A stretch of 64,000 nucleotides of DNA from Candidatus Latescibacterota bacterium (GTDB lineage Bacteria > Latescibacterota > UBA2968 > GCA-2709665): positions 5,408,001 to 5,472,000 of the forward strand of contig OZ244744.1 in assembly GCA_965219455.1 (NCBI GenBank), written 5' to 3'. The notes under the pieces are model-generated. The model was not told the DNA's origin. It searched no databases and saw only the letters and a list, made by a program, of their open reading frames with translations. The position numbers and the translations under genes are program-made. Position 1 is the first letter of the stretch. Each line of letters starts with the position of its first letter. Below, piece after piece: positions 60,285-64,000 of the stretch.

Positions 60285-61205
60285 TCAACCTTTTGGCTGG
60301 CAAAGCACCCGCACGGGCTTCAAGATGCCGTCGTCGGCTCTCCAACGCCCGATTCCGAGCAATACCCCCTCGGGATAAAGCACCCGTACGAGCCGGCCTG
60401 ACTCGAGCGCGTTTCCGTCCTCTACATTGGCAACCACATTGCCATGAATAAAACAACCTGCCTGAGCTGCGTTCAAGTTGAGACGGGGCAGGTCGCGCAA
60501 TAACCGGTTGGGATCCATCAGGTACGGCTGCAGTTCCTCCCCCGACCCGACCGATTCGAGGCTGGGAAGGGTAACGCACTCATCGACACGAACGGGGCCG
60601 GCGGCCGTGCGCCTGAGTCCGGCCAGATACGCGCCACAACCCAGCTCCCGGCCGATATCGTCGGCCAGGGTGCGGATATAGGTACCTTTAGAACATGAGA
60701 CCGTCAGGTGTAAATCGGGAGGCCTGAAATTTTCAATATCGATTCCAAAAATGCGCACGGGGGACGGTCGTCGAGCGACTTCCGTACCCTCCCGCGCCAG
60801 GCGGTACAACCGCGTGCCACCCACCTTTCGGGCCGAAAACATCGGCGGAATCTGTTCAATTTCACCAACAAAAGAAGCCACCGCGCGACGGACAACCGCC
60901 GACTCGGTGGGTACGCGGTCGGACCTGGCCACGACTTCGCCTTCCGCGTCGAGGGTACTTGTGCGGATTCCAAGCCGGACGTGGGCGGAATACGTCTTAT
61001 CGTGGTTCGCAAAATAGGTACTGAGTCGGGTTGCCCGACCGAGGCACAACACCAGAACTCCGGTCGCGAGCGGATCCAGAGTGCCCGTATGCCCCACTTT
61101 CCGAATGTTCAGGCTTCGTCGAACGCTGTCTATCACATCGTGAGACGTCAGTCCCAGAGGCTTGTCGATCGGCAACACGCCAGTGACGTTGATCCCGGCC
61201 TCCAT
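60285..61205 (-). CDS. truB: tRNA pseudouridine(55) synthase
   Basis: DKP.G.TSHD, GHTGTLDP, PPMFSA, CSKGTYIR. Confidence 0.96.
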   Translation of the reverse strand: MEAGINVTGVLPIDKPLGLTSHDVIDSVRRSLNIRKVGHTGTLDPLATGVLVLCLGRATRLSTYFANHDKTYSAHVRLGIRTSTLDAEGEVVARSDRVPTESAVVRRAVASFVGEIEQIPPMFSARKVGGTRLYRLAREGTEVARRPSPVRIFGIDIENFRPPDLHLTVSCSKGTYIRTLADDIGRELGCGAYLAGLRRTAAGPVRVDECVTLPSLESVGSGEELQPYLMDPNRLLRDLPRLNLNAAQAGCFIHGNVVANVEDGNALESGRLVRVLYPEGVLLGIGRWRADDGILKPVRVLCQPKG

Positions 61206-61206
61206 T

Positions 61207-61542
61207 CTACGGCTTCAAGTCATCCAGCAGCCTGTCGATTCTGCTGGCGCGCTCCAGCGTCTGATCCTGCTTAAACTCCAATTCCGGCACGTGTCTCAAC
61301 CGGATCCTCCTGCCGAGTTCCTTGCGGAGAAACGGCATCGCCCGCTGGAGGGTCTTCAGGCTCGTGTCGCGAATTTGCCCATCACCCATCACGCTAACGT
61401 ATACCCGCGCGAATTTCAGATCCCGTGTCACCTGCACGTCCGTGACGGTGACGTAGCCCAGACGAGGGTCCTTTACGTGCCTGTGGATCAAGTCACTCAA
61501 CTCTTCCTGAATCTGCCGTCCTACACTTTCGGCGCGCCACAT
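61207..61542 (-). CDS. rbfA: Ribosome-binding factor A
   Basis: KDPRL..VTVTDV..DL..A.VY, LRHVPEL.F..D. Confidence 0.94.
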   Translation of the reverse strand: MWRAESVGRQIQEELSDLIHRHVKDPRLGYVTVTDVQVTRDLKFARVYVSVMGDGQIRDTSLKTLQRAMPFLRKELGRRIRLRHVPELEFKQDQTLERASRIDRLLDDLKP

Positions 61543-61823
61543 CAGATCATTTCCAGAGAATAGTCAATGAGCTCCACACGGTGGTCCCGTTGTACCATAT
61601 CCATGACTTTGGAAAGCACGCGATTGACGTAACGGGATTCGTTCGCCACCATAGCCACGCCGACCTCCGCCTTCTGCCAGAGTTCGTTATGGCCAACCTC
61701 CGAAACAGATACGTTGTATTTCGCCCGGATCCGCTGCCGAAGACTCTCCAGAATGCGGCGTTTTCCCTTTAACGAACCACTTTCGGGCAGATATAACACC
61801 ATGCGACAAAGGCCAATTGTCAT
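61542..61823 (-). CDS. DUF503 (YlxP) family protein
   Basis: SLKGKR, NVSVSEV, WQ; canonical position between infB and rbfA. Confidence 0.92.
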   Translation of the reverse strand: MTIGLCRMVLYLPESGSLKGKRRILESLRQRIRAKYNVSVSEVGHNELWQKAEVGVAMVANESRYVNRVLSKVMDMVQRDHRVELIDYSLEMI

Positions 61824-61826
61824 AGG

Positions 61827-63998
61827 CTATAGAGTACGTGCGGTTTCAACCTGTTCATAGGCCTCGATCACGTCGCCCAGCTTGGTATCGTTGAAATTCT
61901 CCAGGCCGATACCGCATTCGAACCCCGACTGAACCTCCCTCACGTCGTCCTTGAACCTGCGCAGGGACCCAATCCGGCCCTCGTAGACCACAACATTGTC
62001 TCGCAGCACCCGAACCATGGCGCTGCGTGTCATTTTGCCGTTGGAGATGTAACAGCCGGCGATAATTCCGATCCGCGGCACCTGGAACGTCTCCCGGACC
62101 TCGGCTGATCCCACGACCTGTTCATCGATGTCCGGAGTGAGCAACCCGGAAAGCGCCGCCCTGATGTCTTCAACCGCTTCGTAAATCACCCGGTAGGAGC
62201 GAACGTCGACCCGCTCCTGAGCAACGACCTCGCGTGCACGGAGATCCGGCCGTACATTGAAGCCAATAATGATCGCATCAGAGGCGGAAGCGAGCAGGAC
62301 ATCGGATTCCGACACCGCGCCTACCCCGCGGTGAATCACGTTGATCCGGACTTCGTCGCTGGGGATCTGCATCAGGGAATCGTGAAGCGCTTCTACGGAT
62401 CCGTCGACGTCGCCCTTGAGAATCAGGCGCAACTCCTGAACCTGTCCGGCCTTGATCTGATCGTGAATGTCAACCAGGCTCACCCTGCGTATCCGATGGG
62501 CCTCCCGCTCCCGGCGCAGCCTTTGCCTTTTCTGGCTGATTTCCCGGGCGGTGCGTTCGTTTTCAACGGAGTAAAAAGAATCTCCGGCCTGAGGCAGTCC
62601 GGACAGGCCGAGCACCTGAACCGGCACCGACGGTCCCACTTCGGGAACCCGATGACCGCGCTCGTCCAAAAGGGCCCTCGCCCTGCCGCTGTAAAGCCCC
62701 GTGACAAAGGTATCGCCGACTTTGAGCGTTCCCTCCTGCACAAGCACGGTCGCCACATTGCCGCGGCCGCGGTCGAGACTCGCCTCCACAATGGCGCCCT
62801 TGGCGCGTCTATCGGGGTTGGCCTTAAGCTCAAGCAGATCCGTTTCCAGGGCTAGTAACTCCAGCAAATCGTTGATATTCTCGCCGGTCTTTGCGGAGAT
62901 CTCACAGGACTGGACTTTGCCACCGTAGTCTTCAAGGAGGACGTTGTGTTCCGTCAGTTGCCGCTTAATGCGATCCACGTCCGCGCCGGGAAGGTCTATC
63001 TTGTTGATGGCCAGCACGATCGGTACGCCCGCGGCACGGGCATGGTCGATGGCTTCAACAGTCTGCGGCATCACATTGTCGTCGGCCGCCACAATCAGGA
63101 CGACCACGTCCGTCACCTGGGCGCCCCTCGCACGCATTGCAGTGAAAGCTTCGTGACCGGGCGTATCGAGGAACGTCACCATCCGGTCGTTGTCGAGTTT
63201 CACGTGATAGGCGCCGATGTGTTGGGTAATGCCCCCGGCCTCGCCCGCGACCACGTTGGTATTCCGAACATAGTCCAGAAGAGATGTTTTTCCGTGGTCT
63301 ACATGGCCCATAATGGTCACCACTGGCGGACGCGGCTTGACATCGCCTTCCACGTCTTCGTCTTCCTGCTCGAGCACCTCTTCAGCAAATTCCTGGAGCT
63401 CTTCAACGTCAACTCCGAACTCGTCGGCAACCAGGGTAATGGTGTCCATATCCAGCCGCTGGTTGATGGTGACCATGAGGCCCAGGATGAGACACTGTTT
63501 GATCACATCGGTGAGCGGTATATCCATCAGTGCCGACAGTTCACCGACTGTGGTAAACTCGCTGACCTTGATGACACGGTCTACACCGACCTCCTCGTCG
63601 ACTTCCGTGTCGTCTCTGCGACGACGTCGACGTGACCGCGTAGTACCGGACTCCATCTGTGCCATCGTGCGACGTACACTGGCTTCGACTTCAACCTGGT
63701 CGGTGGCGGGTCTGCCGCGCTTCCGTCGGCGTCGCTTGCCTTCGCCACGATCGGGGGCGGGCTTATCCTGCGGTTTCGGCGTTCCGGCTTGCGGGCCCGG
63801 GCCCGCCTTGTCAATGACCTCGACCGACGGTTCTCTTCGCGATAAATCGCGCCTTCGCCGCCGCGTTGCCTGGTCGTCGCGAATTTCATGAATCTCAACA
63901 GCCGCTCTGACGGGCTCGGCCGGCCTGGGGGTGTCCGCTGTTTTGGGTGCGGGCTTTTTGGCGCTTCGCGCTTTAGGTTTGACCTGTGTCTTCGGAAC
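61827..63998 (-). CDS. infB: Translation initiation factor IF-2 (5' part outside the window)
   Basis: [23 protein letters not shown]; the frame stays open upstream of 63665 to the window edge. Confidence 0.97.
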   Translation of the reverse strand, partial: VPKTQVKPKARSAKKPAPKTADTPRPAEPVRAAVEIHEIRDDQATRRRRRDLSRREPSVEVIDKAGPGPQAGTPKPQDKPAPDRGEGKRRRRKRGRPATDQVEVEASVRRTMAQMESGTTRSRRRRRRDDTEVDEEVGVDRVIKVSEFTTVGELSALMDIPLTDVIKQCLILGLMVTINQRLDMDTITLVADEFGVDVEELQEFAEEVLEQEDEDVEGDVKPRPPVVTIMGHVDHGKTSLLDYVRNTNVVAGEAGGITQHIGAYHVKLDNDRMVTFLDTPGHEAFTAMRARGAQVTDVVVLIVAADDNVMPQTVEAIDHARAAGVPIVLAINKIDLPGADVDRIKRQLTEHNVLLEDYGGKVQSCEISAKTGENINDLLELLALETDLLELKANPDRRAKGAIVEASLDRGRGNVATVLVQEGTLKVGDTFVTGLYSGRARALLDERGHRVPEVGPSVPVQVLGLSGLPQAGDSFYSVENERTAREISQKRQRLRREREAHRIRRVSLVDIHDQIKAGQVQELRLILKGDVDGSVEALHDSLMQIPSDEVRINVIHRGVGAVSESDVLLASASDAIIIGFNVRPDLRAREVVAQERVDVRSYRVIYEAVEDIRAALSGLLTPDIDEQVVGSAEVRETFQVPRIGIIAGCYISNGKMTRSAMVRVLRDNVVVYEGRIGSLRRFKDDVREVQSGFECGIGLENFNDTKLGDVIEAYEQVETARTL

Positions 63999-64000
63999 TT

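Noticed and set aside
52888-63998. Novelty in the infB-rbfA-truB-ribF-rpsO-pnp-asnS-leuS block
   Set aside because: Ordinary housekeeping genes; infB to pnp is a widely conserved order
1-64000. CRISPR array, tRNA/rRNA, prophage, integrase
   Set aside because: No regularly spaced repeats, cloverleafs, or phage/integrase motifs seen by eye

Overview
GC-rich bacterial chromosomal window, probably from the FCB group. Ca. Latescibacterota is the best guess, inferred from a dockerin/EF-hand-like C-terminal 'GDFDGD..VGFSDF' domain and an FlgD/CTD-like gene end. (1) 1-6.4 kb: small genes (PP2C phosphatase, ALDH, HU/IHF, class V PLP enzyme). (2) 6.6-12.1 kb: NAD-linked formate dehydrogenase operon whose alpha subunit is a selenoprotein (in-frame TGA plus SECIS; the ORF track splits it). 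(3) 12.4-24.2 kb: methyl/one-carbon catabolic cluster (homocysteine-MT/SAM-MT fusion, 2 SDRs, N,N-dimethylformamidase-like large subunit, BHMT-like enzyme, TPP enzyme, sarcosine-oxidase-like flavoprotein, multi-RidA-like protein). (4) 24.3-38.4 kb: six-gene hybrid ABC/RND export operon, including an RND permease fused to an ABC ATPase whose NBD is interrupted by a membrane insertion. (5) 38.6-44.3 kb: DacA-YbbR fusion, TPR protein, large lyase-like/beta-propeller protein. (6) 44.3-51.6 kb: AT-richer accessory island with an IS21 remnant, an intact IS256 with 9-bp target duplication, a secreted NHL/cohesin/dockerin-like protein and a DUF2971-like gene. (7) 51.6-64 kb: housekeeping genes (gcvT, leuS, asnS, pnp, rpsO, ribF, truB, rbfA, DUF503, partial infB). 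No CRISPR array, tRNA or rRNA was seen. All family assignments come from motif recognition, not database searches.
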